A stretch of 64,000 nucleotides of DNA from Bugula neritina (taxonomy: Eukaryota > Animalia > Bryozoa), in NCBI GenBank assembly GCA_964035545.1, contig OZ037765.1, positions 32,239,504 to 32,303,503 of the forward strand, written 5' to 3'. Positions 13,529-26,944 of the stretch are shown here, piece by piece. Position 1 is the first letter of the stretch, and each line of letters opens with the position of its first letter. A program made the position numbers and the translations under genes. The notes beneath the pieces were generated by a model. The model saw only the letters and a program-made list of their open reading frames with translations, ran no database searches and was not told the DNA's origin.

Positions 13529-14992
13529 CTAAGTAGAAGAGACTTTCTGTGGTAAAGCTATGGAGTATATGTCCAGTGAAGACAGGCTGGATGAGTGATG
13601 CTGAAAAGCAGAAGGCACATTCTGTGTCAAAGGTTGTGGTCTAGCATTGCTGAGTTCACTCATAGAATGACTCATAGAATGAGTCATACTGCTGGTCTGG
13701 GAGATTGAAGGTGATTTTGAGTCAATGCTGCTTAACTTTGGAGTATAAATTTCCAAGGAGTAACTTGATGTACTCAAATTTGAATTCATTTCTTCTGCCG
13801 TAAGGGAAGCATCTAAAATACATCAGAAAACTTTGGTAAACATTATTGACGGTTTTTAGCAGTTGAAAAAATAAATTCTATTTAGTGGTACAAACATAAA
13901 GTTAATTAGCATTGATATGCTTATAAATATTTTCAAATTGAGTCTTTAAAGTTTATTACTCAACTTTTAAAACCTACAATATACTTTTTGAAAAAAGTAA
14001 GTGCCAACTTCATTTTGTGCTGGCTTAAGCTCATTTCTCATAAAGATTGTTATAAATTTAATACTGCTGCTAATTTTCCCTTGTTATCACATGCTATAGA
14101 GTTAACAATTATAACATTGTTATAACCAGGCTATTCCGGCTATAATTAGTTTGAAGAATAAAACTATGAATCTCTATATAGCCCTCCATGACTTAGTAGC
14201 TGACAGAACAAGTAGACTTTTGTCTACTTGTATATGGAAGATCAGTAGGCTGACATATTTCATAATAATCTTCATCTTTAGTGTGATAATAAATGGTCAT
14301 CTCTCTTGATAATAAAATAATAACAGCCTAATAAATATAAGAACGGGCTCATTTAAAAACCAAAAGTCTTTTGAACATATAAACATGGTGATGACAAAGA
14401 GGCATTAATGATATTTCTCGATTAATACCACAGGCTTGTTATATATATAGAGTGCAAACTACCCATTCCATAGATTCTTGCTACAATCATCGAAAACTAC
14501 AATATTCAAGTACATTTTCTCGTAGATTGACACATTTGCTTTATTTCCATGTGCATCAAAGCCACATTGAAGTTACTCAGTTTAAATGTATGAAAATTCA
14601 GTATAGTTGGACTCTCTAATGTCTACATTACCATGCTTCCTGCTAGCATATTTAGATTACATCATCATTATCTGTGTATTATACTCACTGCTAACATATC
14701 TGAATTACATCATCAGTATATGTGTATTATACTCACTGCTAACATATCTAGATTACATCATCAGTATATGTGTATTATACTCACTGCTAACATGTACTTC
14801 AACCAGATGTTCTCTGATATCATCTCTTGATCCATGAGAGTTTCCTTGCAGTTTTCTTCGAATCAAAAGAATTAATAACATAACTACAACTATGAATGCT
14901 ATTGCAGATGGAACCCCAAACAAGACCGATATAACCACTCTTGCAGCTTGAGGATCAACATTAGAACTGTCGATATAGCCAACAAGCACCAT
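13529..14992 (-). CDS. Orphan single-pass (type III-like) membrane protein, cluster gene A, ~163 aa
   Basis: Exon 14785-14992 (ATG just after a ttgtag acceptor; TM VVISVLFGVPSAIAFIVVVMLLILLI then RRK; donor A|GTGAGT) joins in phase 1 to exon 13529-13812 (ttttag|; Ser-rich tail with SLEIYTPK, RPQPLTQNV, SSLSSLDIYSI). The tail is clearly paralogous to that of gene B. Confidence 0.75.
14636..14792. repeat. 48-bp tandem repeat (~3 copies) spanning the gene A splice donor
   Basis: ATACTCACTGCTAACAT recurs at 48-bp spacing (donor dinucleotides at 14687-88, 14735-36, 14783-84). Confidence 0.9.
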
Positions 14993-15683
14993 TTTCTACA
15001 AAATATACAAAACATGCAGCTAAAACTATTTTAAGCAGTTTAGTACTTATATAAGGCAAATAATGCTAATTAATTTTAGTAACTATAAATAAAAGGAATT
15101 GTTAAATATTAGTACATTTCATGAATGAAAAGTATGATATTTTATTTTCTCAATCAAAAATTTCAACTGGTTACAAATGATGCCGATTTGTATAATTCAA
15201 TTACATTCTTATTTATTTATTATATGCATAGTAAAAAGAATTTGTTTTATATAATTCTATAATAAAAACTGTGAAACATTTCGCACCTATAATAGTACAA
15301 TACTAAAAGCAAAGAGACATTTAAACTCTGTCCACACTGGGTTACATTTGAACTATGTTTGCATTTAACCTTCTAAATGCTTTTTGGAATGCTTTTAGTC
15401 TTTTAATTGTATACTACACTATTATAATATTCAGGTAGTATTTACAAAATATCTGCTAGGAAATAAAACATGTGTTAAGGAAGTATACAGAAAAGTACAT
15501 ATTTAACACTGAAATTTGGCTAGATCATATCACTGAATAAACTTTGTAAACACTCGCACACACATTGCAGCTGTATTCACAGCAAAAAAGTAGCAGTCTT
15601 TTTTCAAGGATAAAATTTTTTTGAAGAATATTTGTCATATTGAATAATTATTAGTAGAAAATATATTTGTTCATTTATAGTAA

Positions 15684-15740
15684 TTTACCTGCTCAGACAA
15701 TTTACCTGCTCAGACAATTTACCTACTCAGACAATTTACA
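15684..15740. repeat. 17-bp tandem repeat (TTTACCTGCTCAGACAA)x3
   Basis: Directly visible. Confidence 0.85.
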
Positions 15741-16925
15741 TGGAATTAGTTTTGTCACTTCTCTATTCACACAAACAAGTAAATTATTACCAGGTCAAAA
15801 TGCAAGTCAAAAATTTAAATCAACTCGAACAAGGTAAACTTTTCTAATATTAGAAGCTTTAACAAACTCTATGGTGTACTGAAAGGCAGGTAGAATGACA
15901 GGAATTTAAAGTGCCTTTTAGTGATGTGTCATTCTCTGAGAATAACTTAAAATAGTAAAACCTTTGAACTTGGTTATAATATTCTACAAAACAGAAAGCT
16001 TGGTTTGTTTCAATAAAATGTTATAATATAATAATACATACTTTAGCAAGTGTTCTTAGGCTTTTAGCTCACGCATTTAAAGTTAGCTGCGAATGTTGCT
16101 GTTCCCGTTAATATATTATTCTAGTTAGTGTGAACTATTGAGGACAGGTGAACAGCTTGTACCCCCTAATAGAATCTACTGTATGCTTGAATGGATATCT
16201 TATTCAATAAGTTAATCAACAAACAATATCAATTATTGATTGGGAAAACGTTATGACTGATAAAAATTCCCGTTTTATTTCGTGTATATATATGCATTAT
16301 TTGTGAGCATTCACAATTTCAAAGCATGTACGTGTCAAACTGCACAGTGTGACTGCTTGTATTATGGTATTATATAAGGCTGGCTAATATTTTTAACCTT
16401 TGAACTTTATTATCCCACCATGTCATATAAATATATAAATATACTAGATATTTGAGAGAGAAAAGTAACGCGTATTGTTTAATACCAGCTCTATAAAGTT
16501 ATAATGACAATCATATGGCAAATAAAATTATTCTTATAATAGCATTCAAATGGACAATATAAATATAGACAGTATATATAAGAATAAGACTTCGATAAAA
16601 AACTCTCTGATACAACATACCACGCCACTGCTAGCATAATATAGTGCTTTCCAGCTTTTGTTTGATTGAAAAGCATATAATGAAAGATGCTGCAGCATAA
16701 ATTATTATTACTCTTGCGATTTGCATGTGATTCTCTATGAAATGAAAAAATCAATTCCACAAATAAAATCGTCGAACACCAAAGACTCCACATTTACACT
16801 ACATAGATGCTTCTACATTGAGAGTACTTAATATATGATCCACAATGCAATATCTAGCAAATATACATGAGACAGCCAACAAATATTGTCTCTTTTAGAG
16901 ATTGTAAACTTATTGCATTATTGAA

Positions 16926-17898
16926 TCAACAGGAGCTGGAGGAGAAAACTCCTGGTATGGAGTGGATGTCAAGAGATGACAGACTGGAAAGGCTGTACTG
17001 GATAGAATGTACATTCAGTGTCATGGGTTGAGGGTCAGCGTCAGTGAAGTCACTGCGGCAGCTGGAAAGACTGGCGTTACAGTTGTAGGACATCAACGAG
17101 CTACCAGATTTGGGAGTATAAATCTCAAGGGATAGACCAGAGGAATCCAAATTTGAACTTAATTCTTCATGCGCATTTACAAATTCACCTGAAAATATTT
17201 AAAGGAAATTTTTTTAGAAACATGAATAATTATCATGGAACAATTTTTTGGTTATAGTAATTTAACTGGTCGATCAACACTGAAAATTTGTTATTTGTAG
17301 CCTATATACAATTGGTTAAACTATAATTTATATATTATTATCTCAAAATTACTGAACCAATAGCTATAAAATCACTTAGTTGTTATCTGGCAAATTTTTG
17401 ATTCCTTAAAATTTTATAAATTTATCTAGTCTATATATATTTGTAACAAATTAGAGGACGAAAATAAACAAAAGTTTCTTATAAACTAGCATTAACTGTG
17501 ATAAAATAGGTTTTTCACAAACTCTGTTTAGATAAAAATATTGTGTGCTAAATATTAAAAGATGGCTCAAACCTGCAAATAGCAGTTATATTTAATACAA
17601 TTTTAATAGATTCTTAAAGAATGTAAAACTCTTATACACATGAGATGATTATCATAGATGCTGGTACTATTGCACTTTGTCTATATCTGTATATATACTC
17701 ACGGGCTTCAAAAGGAACACTTTTTGACAATCTCATTCCTGCCTTTTGACTGGTTCTTAATTCATGGATGGCAAGGAAGACCAAGCATCCTGTTAGCAAG
17801 GAAAGAGACACTCCAATAAACCACCAAAGTTCAGTTTCAGACGGGAAGGAATTTCTATAGTCGCTACTTTCAAGCAGATCTAATGTCGGCACATACAT
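16926..17898 (-). CDS. Orphan single-pass (type III-like) membrane protein, cluster gene B, ~152 aa
   Basis: Exon 17703-17898 (MYVPT..., TM LWWFIGVSLSLLTGCLVFLAI, donor C|GTGAGT) joins in phase 1 to exon 16926-17188 (ttttcag|; LSLEIYTPK, DADPQPMTLNVHSI, SLSSLSSLDIHSI). Confidence 0.75.
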
Positions 17899-18635
17899 CT
17901 TTCTACAGAATTAGAAATAAAGTTTTAAACTTTTTTTTATAGGGAATTTAAAGCTTATACTCTTTCTGTTGAGCATAAGGTGATATGCACTGAGAAAAGT
18001 TTTTTTATAAAATATTATATACAAGCAAAAATGGGAAAAAATATATCGTATTGCAATTCTGCTACATTTACATATAGTAAATCATAATTAGATATTTTAA
18101 CTTTATTTCCAAAATGTACATAAAATGTTTTGTTGAAGATAAACCTTAAAAGATCTTGCTGCTTTATGATAAACACACTGCTTTAAAGCATTAAACTGTT
18201 TTGATAATAAGTAACTGACCATATAAACTTTTCTCTCACTGCACATGCCAGTTACCTCAAAGCTGTAGCAATCTGATCAACATGCAATAACTTCCCCAGT
18301 CTACTAGTTAATCATATACATTCACTCAATATATAGAAGCATATTATTTTCCCTTTGTGTGTGATTATATAAGCATCCGCATTCATAACTAATCCAAAGA
18401 CTACAACACAATAGCAGTTATTGATTTATTGAGTATGGAGCAAAGATGGGGGAAGCAAATTTTTCCAGTTTCCCTTATACAAAGGCTAAAAGGGGAAACG
18501 GAAAAATCTTTATGCATTGCTGTGCTTTTGAAAAGACAACTCTAATTTCCAAGTGCTGAAACTTTCAAAAGAAAGAATTTCACTAACAATGCTTACCATA
18601 GAAAGAATACACAAATTGCAATTTATTGTTCTGTG

Positions 18636-19595
18636 GGGGAAACCTGGGTGATATGGACCACTTAAGCCCACAGCCCATACTGACTATGGTTGATTGAAAA
18701 TTAGTATTTCAACATGTGGGTGCTATCTCTACTGACATACAAACAGAATTTGAAGCTCCTATATACAGATGCTTAACTGAGCTATAATTGAAAATTGGTG
18801 GACCATATCACCCGCAGATTTTTTGATATTTTGATGATATGGGCCACCACAGACTCACTCACATAAAGTTAGCTTGTTTGTGTTGAAAATGCACTTTGCT
18901 ATATTAAAAAGTAATATAAAGCAACAGATCTGCAATAAGTGTGTAACAGCTTCTTTTAGTGCCTCTTCACTCCAAGCATTTAGAATATTGTTGGAACAAG
19001 ATCCTGGCATCTAAAATACATTGCATGAGTATGAATAATTCAAGTACACATTCTACTGCAACTGGCTATAATGCTGTCTAATCAATATTTAGGGATTTAA
19101 GGTTTCAGCATTGTTTGAAATACTATAGTGTTACATTTCCCCAAACAAGTAAATGAAAAGAAAAATTCAATTGGCTGAGTGATAGGGTCCACGGTCGATA
19201 TTACCCCCCAAGTGGCGGTCCATATCACCCAAAAATCATGGCACCAAAAATTTTGAATTCCTACAGACTGAGAGTGGACAAGTATTTTATATACTATTTG
19301 GATATTTATACATACCTTCTGCACAATATCTGTAGATACAGGCTCCTTACTTAAGGTAATTTTTTTCAATGAAAATAGATCCACAAAAGTTGTGAAAAAT
19401 TATAAGAAAATGAGCAAAAAGAGAAAATGTGTCCTTATTTTCTTAGACAAAAAGACAAGTTTGAAACATGTAGACAGGAAGTTAGATATTCCTATCTCCA
19501 TACAATAAGACACTTCAACTTTCTGGTAACCTTGGATACTGCAAAACATGCATGGTCCATATCACCCGGGTGGTTCATATCACCCAGGTTTCCCC
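18636..19595. mobile_element. Non-autonomous DNA transposon (~960 bp) with ~25-bp TIRs and a TA-type target (Tc1/mariner-like)
   Basis: TIRs GGGGAAACCTGGGTGATATGGACCA ... TGGTTCATATCACCCAGGTTTCCCC are flanked by TG and TA. Internal copies of the GGTCCATATCACCC motif occur at ~18800, 19215 and 19555. The element is absent from the duplicate copy. Confidence 0.85.
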
Positions 19596-19911
19596 TATGT
19601 TTCATATATAACCCTAGCATTAGCACATCTATAAGAATAGGTTTTACTATGATGTAGTAATTTTGCTGCTGTTATTAAATGCTATCCAAACATTTGCAAG
19701 TATTTTAGACACTATATGATACAAAAATTATCAAGCTGTTAATTTAGTGAATTTTGCAGAGAGATTTTAGCTTGTATGATAGTGCAAGCATAGAAAGCAG
19801 TTTCAAAAACAAACTGGGGTATGTTAAAGTGCTTAAAAATAGTGTAGGAAAAGATGTGTAGCAACAAAACTTGATTTGTTTGTTGATAATTTATAGAAAT
19901 AATTTATGGAA

Positions 19912-19914
<3 letters not shown>

Positions 19915-19980
<66 letters not shown>

Positions 19981-19996
19981 TATATACTGTATATAT
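19915..19996. repeat. (TA)n microsatellite
   Basis: Directly visible. Confidence 0.95.
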
Positions 19997-22315
19997 ATCT
20001 CAATCTGTGGACAGCAGCTGTTTCGGGATTTGTCCCCTCATCAGCACAGAACAGAGTACCATGGCCCACACCTTCGCAATAGTAGAAACTTATAGTTTTA
20101 CTAAAGCTACATTTACATAGTTACAGATCATATGATTAGACTTATAACATAGTAAATCATAATTAGATATTTTAACAATTTATTTTAAAAATGCATATAA
20201 GAAGATTTTTTTTAAATAAACCTGAAAATAATTTGCTAATGGTGATAAACACGCTACAATAACTTTAAAGTAATTAACTATTCTAATGATAATGATAACT
20301 ACAAAGATTTATTAAAATGTAAACACAAATAACTGACCATATAAACTTTTCACTCACTGCACATGCCAGTTATAACCTTAAAGCTGCAGCAAGCTGATCA
20401 ACATGCAATAACTTCCCCAGTCTACACGTTAGTTATCAATATAGAGGCATATTATTTTTCCTTTGTGTGCGATTATATAAGCATCCGCATTCATAGCTAA
20501 TCCATAGACTACAACACAATAGCAGTTATTGATTTATTGAGTATGGAGCAAAGATGGGGGAAGCAAATTTTTCCAGTTTCCCTTATACAAAGGCTAAAGG
20601 GGAAACGGAAAAATCTTTATGCATTGCTGTGCTTTTGAAAAGACAACTCTAATTTCCAAGTGCTGAAACTTTCAAAAGAAAGAATTTCACTAACAATGCT
20701 TACCATAGAAAGAATACACAAATTGCAAATAATCGTTCTGTAGGCCTATGTTCCATATATAACTCTAGCATTAGCACCTCTATAAGAGTAGATTTTACTA
20801 TAATATAAAAATTTTGATGCTTTCCAAACATTTTAGACACTATATGATACAAAAATTAATTTAGTGCATTTTGCAGAGATATTTTAGCTTGTGTGATAGT
20901 GCAAGCATTATAGAGAACAGTTTCCAAAACAACCATGCAGGGTATTTTAAAGTACTTAAAAATCATGTAGGAAAATAGATGTGTAGCAACTTAAAACCTA
21001 ATTTGTTCGTTGATAATTTATAGAGAAGTATATTATATTTGACTTTCTGTAGAATTTGAATTTGGGATAAATTAAATAGTGAAAAGAAAACTTTTGAAAC
21101 TTTAAAAATATCCTATGATAGAAAGCTATAAAATGGCTGTACATGACATATTACTGAGAGAAAATATTACATATAATTACTTATATTTAGTAAATATAAG
21201 ACCAGAGGTTTTTTTCCTATACTTTGAGCACATATACAAACAACTGCACAACAGCCGCTTTAAATGAATAGCTAACAAATATTTTAGGTATAGAATCTTA
21301 CGTATAAAATTTTTGCTTTCAAGTGTAATACAAAACAGTATCGGCATTATTTGGTGCATTCGTGACTCATTTTAAAAGGAAAAAAAGCAAACAACTTCTC
21401 TGACTCATAATCAACACTTCAACAGTATCTTCTCTGTTGTGAACTATGGCTAAAGTTTATATAATATGCTTTCATTTTCATGGCATTTGACCGAAATCTA
21501 GTATAACAGAGGCATGGGAGATTACTCCTGCTAAAACTATTGATCTAATTATAAAGAGCAGACGGTACCTTCAAACATGCCAAGTTATATGGCTAGTTCA
21601 AGGTGAAGGTCATACATCGTATTTATCAATAAAATAGTTCATTCTACTCTTTTACGACTAAATAACTTTATACTGTAAAACAGGCATAAGTGCTAGAAAG
21701 TTCTAGCTTGGCTAACGAAATAATTGGGAATTTGTATCAATGAATCATTGTCTCCACTTATCGAAGGTGTGTGGCTCAAAGTACTATATATTTATATTAT
21801 ACAGTGTTTATTTATAATGTGAGAATTTCATTTATTTTTATTAATTGTTGCACATTTGTTACATGTTTGTACAAAACTTATGATAAGAACTATAAACACA
21901 ATCTTTGCTGAAATATAACTGATATGAGATATCTAATTATTAGCAGAAAAGAAATTAAATTGGAATTTAGTTTTCTATTTTTGCACATCATATTGTAACT
22001 CAAAAAGTTGTAATTTGTAAGCTTGATTAATTGTGCTATATCTAAACGTTTTTGTTTTATTTACAAATTTAAAAGCATTTAATAATTTTCATAAAAACAA
22101 AACAAACTATATATGAAACATTCAATTAAATTGTTTTAATGAACGGCAAGCAGAGCTGAAAAGCTAAAAGAGCAAAGCCAAAAAGAAAAAGATCAAGTAA
22201 AATAACAAAAGCAATCAAATTGTATCTTTATAATTATATAAATAACGACAGAGATAAGTAGTGTAATGATGTCTTTCAAGGTGAAGGTCAAAATTGCATT
22301 GTTGTTACTTTTTTT

Positions 22316-24050
22316 TTAATCCATTACCTCAAGCTTCAATGACTTTGGGTCTGCATCACTAAACATACTGTGCTGCTTAGAATGAAGGGAGCGTGTTGAA
22401 CGTCCGCTAGATGAGTTGATGGACCGAATAGACAGTGCCAAACTGCTAGAAGAATCTGAATCAAAAGCTGTTTCCTTTACCATAGACTCATCTAAAATTA
22501 ACAATTATTTTAAAATAATATGAGCAATTGTATTTTAAAACTATGCCACTCATGCATAATCTGTGATGAGAGACAGTTTATATACATAAATATAATTCAG
22601 CAAAACAAAAATTGAATTCTTTTCGATATTTTTGGAAACAAAATCATGTGTTCTTACTTGTGTCGATTTTAATGTCAGTTAATGTTGTTGGAAGTCTACT
22701 TGGATCAAAATTATCTGCAACATACAAGTTTATAACTGGTATTATGGTATATTTGTTTTAGAAATAATTAACCTAAATCAAGGTATAAGAAATGCTACAT
22801 ATAATGATGGTGTTGTACATGCACTCAATATATATCTAAAACCTATATAGCTAGTTATATTTCATACTGTAAAGTGGTTCTTGCACTCTTACTATACTTA
22901 CTATTTATTGTGGGTTCTGTTTGAGGGTTGATGTTGAATTTGAAGAAGTATATATAAAAAGAAACTCCTCCAAAAATTAAAACAGCCGATAGCACAACTA
23001 GGCTTATAGTCCATAGTGCAGGTTGGGATATTGTTGGTGCAACGGTAGATTCACCAGCGTCTTTTGGCTTTAACTTCTTACCAGCATTATTAAGAAATCT
23101 GTTTATCTTAAATTTGAGGCTGCAGTGTAGTGGTACATTATAAGTTGGAAAAGAGGCTGTGTAATTAGTGGTATAACCTAGAAAATGGTCTACAATCACA
23201 ATCAAAACACTGTGTCAATTGTCTGCACAGGTTTTTACTTTATTATAGTATTACAGGTACATATTAATTTTGTTTAAAAATATTAAAGCGGTGCTTATGA
23301 AAAAAGTTATAACACATTTGATATACTATAGTTAATGAGAAAAATTTTACACCTATATAAACTTCTAAATCTCTTCTGTAATATTCATATAGACTGGAAC
23401 TCTATCTTGTTAAAATCAATATGTTGCTACTAAGTAATTTGTAGTCTGCAAATGTTAAATTTTATGCTTATATATTACTCCAGTACACACACACAAACAC
23501 ACAAATTCTATCTGCTATTCACAAAATAATATATCAAATGTTTTACACTTCCAAGTATAATACCAACAGTAAAGTTAATTCATTGATGAGCCCAGCAGTA
23601 AACTAAGCGCAGGGGATCTGAAAGCCTCATATCGACCAAGTAATTTTGTGGATGCAGTCCAAGTGAGATTTTTACATAGAAAACTAGTGTTTGCTCCAGC
23701 GTACTAAGTATAACTAGTCCTAGTCACATGCAGTAAATTAAGCTTTCATAGAAAGGAAATTGTTAGAACATAGCATAAACTAACAAAATTGGATCCTTTT
23801 AATACTGAAAAGATTGTATATGACCAAATAGTAGCTAGTGTATCCAGATCAATACTATACTGAATATAGCATAGCTTATTACGTTTCTTACCATGTTGAT
23901 TTCTGTAGCAAATATCCTTATATGGAAACTCCAATTCTGCACCATCTTCAGCCTCTTTTATAGAGGAATATAACTGGTATTGCAAACTCAATCGACATAG
24001 TATAACTAACAATAAAAGTGTTTTGATAGTTTGTTGAACTTTCTGTGACA
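22316..24050 (-). CDS. Orphan type I membrane protein, cluster gene C, ~207 aa (start uncertain)
   Basis: Phase 1-1 exon 23892-24050 (signal-like TIKTLLLLVILCRLSL; donor G|GTAAGA), phase 1-1 exon 22902-23189 (N-glycosylation sequon NYT; TM LWTISLVVLSAVLIFGGVSFYIYFF; donor A|GTAAGT), and terminal exon 22316-22491 (SSSSLALSIRSI, SDADPKSLKLEVMD*). The last two exons are better supported than the first. Confidence 0.65.
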
Positions 24051-24077
24051 CTAAAACACAATTTAAAACATATACAT

Positions 24078-24099
24078 AACACACACACACACACACACA

Positions 24100-24138
<39 letters not shown>

Positions 24139-24154
24139 GCGCGCACACACACAC
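24078..24154. repeat. (CA)n/(CGCA)n microsatellite
   Basis: Directly visible. Confidence 0.95.
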
Positions 24155-24850
24155 AAATAGAATACTAAGATATGTATGAGTCTATCACTTTCACTGTAGG
24201 TTACTATAACAATACTTTAAGTTGATGGGTAGTTTAGTAAAGTAGGTCATATAGTAATGATTGAGACTATGTAAGAAAGTAGGTGATCAATTCAGCTGAT
24301 TTAAGGTACTGCTATATATCCTGCTTTCTGATGAAACTATAAAGCTACTCATACAACTATAAGTTACTAAAATATATCTACTACTTAAACTAGTACACTT
24401 TTATCCAGATAAGTTGCATTTTTTCACATTTCTACATCATTATATGTGATACATACTAAACTCCATTGCGCTTTACTATGTTACTTCAGCTCTCCTAGTA
24501 ATTCCTCACTCAAAGCAGCAAAAGCCATTTGTTCGTACTATGTACACGTTATGCATGACTAAAAACTTTTGATAAATGTTTTTGTTAAAATGCAACTTGA
24601 GGACAATAAATATACTTACTTATATATGCATTTCCAAAGCGAGTTTATCTAATCTGCCAAATACGGAAGTAAAGTCATCGTACGAAAAAAGGATATTCAA
24701 AATGGCGATGGCACTATTATAGTTCAGAGTTGTATTCTCTTGCTACTTTTAAGTTGTCTTTGCCATAGTTGCATCTGATATGTTTTGCTGTAAACGATGT
24801 TCACAGACATCCCATTATATAATATTTTGTCAGTTAGTTTGTTTCTATAA

Positions 24851-25203
24851 GCCTAGGGCCACACTGTGCGTATTTTCGCATGCGAAAATTGAAACCACAA
24901 GTGCGCAAGCAAGCAAAGGTGTTCACTGTAGCGTCAGTGATGCGTGATAAATAAAGCTTTCATTTTTAAATCGCACTCGCTTTCAATAAAACGCAATTTG
25001 CTGGAATGTAGCACTAAAATAAAGAAATTGGGCCCGCTGAATAACTACCAGCCAATTAGGTGACGACGACAAAGACGATTCGCACTTGCGTTGAGAATGC
25101 TGAGCGACAAGTGCGAATGTTTTCTCAACGCGTACAGTGGACACCTTTGCTACTTGCGATTTCAATTTTCGCATGCGAAAATACGCACCGTGTGGCCCTA
25201 GGC
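24851..25203. mobile_element. MITE, PIF/Harbinger (Tourist-like), 353 bp
   Basis: ~50-bp TIRs GCCTAGGGCCACACTGTGCGTATTTTCGCATGCGAAAATTGAAA / TTTCAATTTTCGCATGCGAAAATACGCACCGTGTGGCCCTAGGC, flanked by TAA on both sides (3-bp TSD). Confidence 0.9.
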
Positions 25204-26944
25204 TAAGAATATTGTTAAGGGCTGTCCACCCTGAGGCAGTTCTGTACAGAATGGCAAAACCAGAGTCTTGGCAGATTCATTCAGGCTATTGTTTTAAAAA
25301 TGGTAATTTTCTTGCTAGCAGAGATTTTGCTTTTAATAGTAAAAGGTAACTTATTGGAGCGTTATGTAAATATGCAATGTTTAAAATGCCCAGCCATGCA
25401 GTCACAGGATGCTGGTTTCAAAAAGTGTCTGTTTGTCCAGCTGCTCCTGCTCCAATTGTGTCATTATTATACCTGTGCCAATTTTACGGTGCCATTTTTA
25501 CCTAAAATATCACTTTGCTTAGCACATCACTGGTTCTCTACAAACAGTGACAGCTTATAAATATACAGTAGCGATTTTTACAGAATTGCCTCCACATGAA
25601 CAAATTACCGGTTTAATATTTATATGTGCATATAATTGAATTATTATATACTAATCATATTATATTATACAGACATTGTGTTAAAAATATGCAATTATTA
25701 ATCCAATTGTGAGAAAAGTATAAGATTCGAGTAAAAAGGATCTAAGCTAAATACAAATGCAATGTTCAAATTGAAAACTTCTTTTTAAAAAGTCATCTGT
25801 GAAGTCAAAAGTGAAGCCTGTCACAAAAGTAATCACAATCAAGTTGATTTTATTTTCGGAATTATTATTTTATATGTTGAGCTTTGTCATTTCAAAACAT
25901 CATCACATCATATAAAAAATTAAAATATAAATCAGTGTAAGCCAGCTTGCTTGATTAAACTTTCTAAAAGCTAAATTTGATAAATTATCTTTGTGCAAGA
26001 ATCAAACGATTGAATAAAATTAGCAACACTACATGCAGTTGTACTAATTTTATAATAATGTACGGCAAAGTTGCTATACAAGTTTAACAAGTAACATATT
26101 TGACTAGCTATAGCTGATACTCTGATAAAATTGCTAGCCATTGCATGTATCAGTTACCATGACTATATATACTATGTATTATAAGTTGATGATTCTCATA
26201 TTTTGTATCATACGAAATACAAGCTATATTTAGTAGCCTGACGTACACTGTATTATGTTTCATTATTCTTTACTCAATACAACAAACATTTTTGGCTTTC
26301 ATCTTTATCTGTTCAATCTGTGTATTGTGCAGTGATTAGGAAAAATATGTAGCAACTCGATCTTTGAACGGAATCATTTAACTCTATAGAAATATAATCT
26401 CTGTTGGTGCAAATAGCATTACTAGTTATATATGAAATTTGAAATATAAGATAACATGAAACTTATAGTTAGTAAACTACTAGTAGTAACATGTAGAAAT
26501 GTTGAGCACAACAACTCCAAATTTGTGACACAAATCTCCAAACCACCTTCAAAGCAAAATTTGCAATTCTTTTTGCAATAAAAATTCTATTACATTTTAA
26601 TCAAATATTTTATCAAATCATAGAAAAATAAGACAGTTACATGTTCATTTAGGACTTTAGGTGCAGCAAAGAGATTTTAGTAGCCCAAGCTCTTTAATTT
26701 TCTTTATAAATTTTTGTTTGGAGCGCAAGAACATAACTTCTTTTGCTAAATTTTCTATCTAGAACGTACAGACTTTTCCCAATTTCTCCATTACCGCACC
26801 TACCGCTAAATATTTGAACAAATTAATGATTAGTTTTTGTTATAGTCTATACATGAAGATATAAAATTATAGAATATTTGTCCTGAAACATATGTCATTG
26901 GAAGTTGTCTCTGCTAGCTGCAGAACTAAAAGAGAAGATAACAA

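Larger units (their letters stand above)
18061..21025. repeat. Tandem duplication of the ~0.9-kb region upstream of gene B (18061-18635 plus 19596-~19910 vs ~20105-21025)
   Basis: Long near-identical stretches, e.g. 18370-18620 vs 20480-20728. Copy 1 is interrupted by a transposon. Confidence 0.9.

Noticed and set aside
23564-23719. Extra ectodomain exon for gene C
   Set aside because: It has AG/GT boundaries but an in-frame TGA in the required phase; it may be a decayed exon and was not included.
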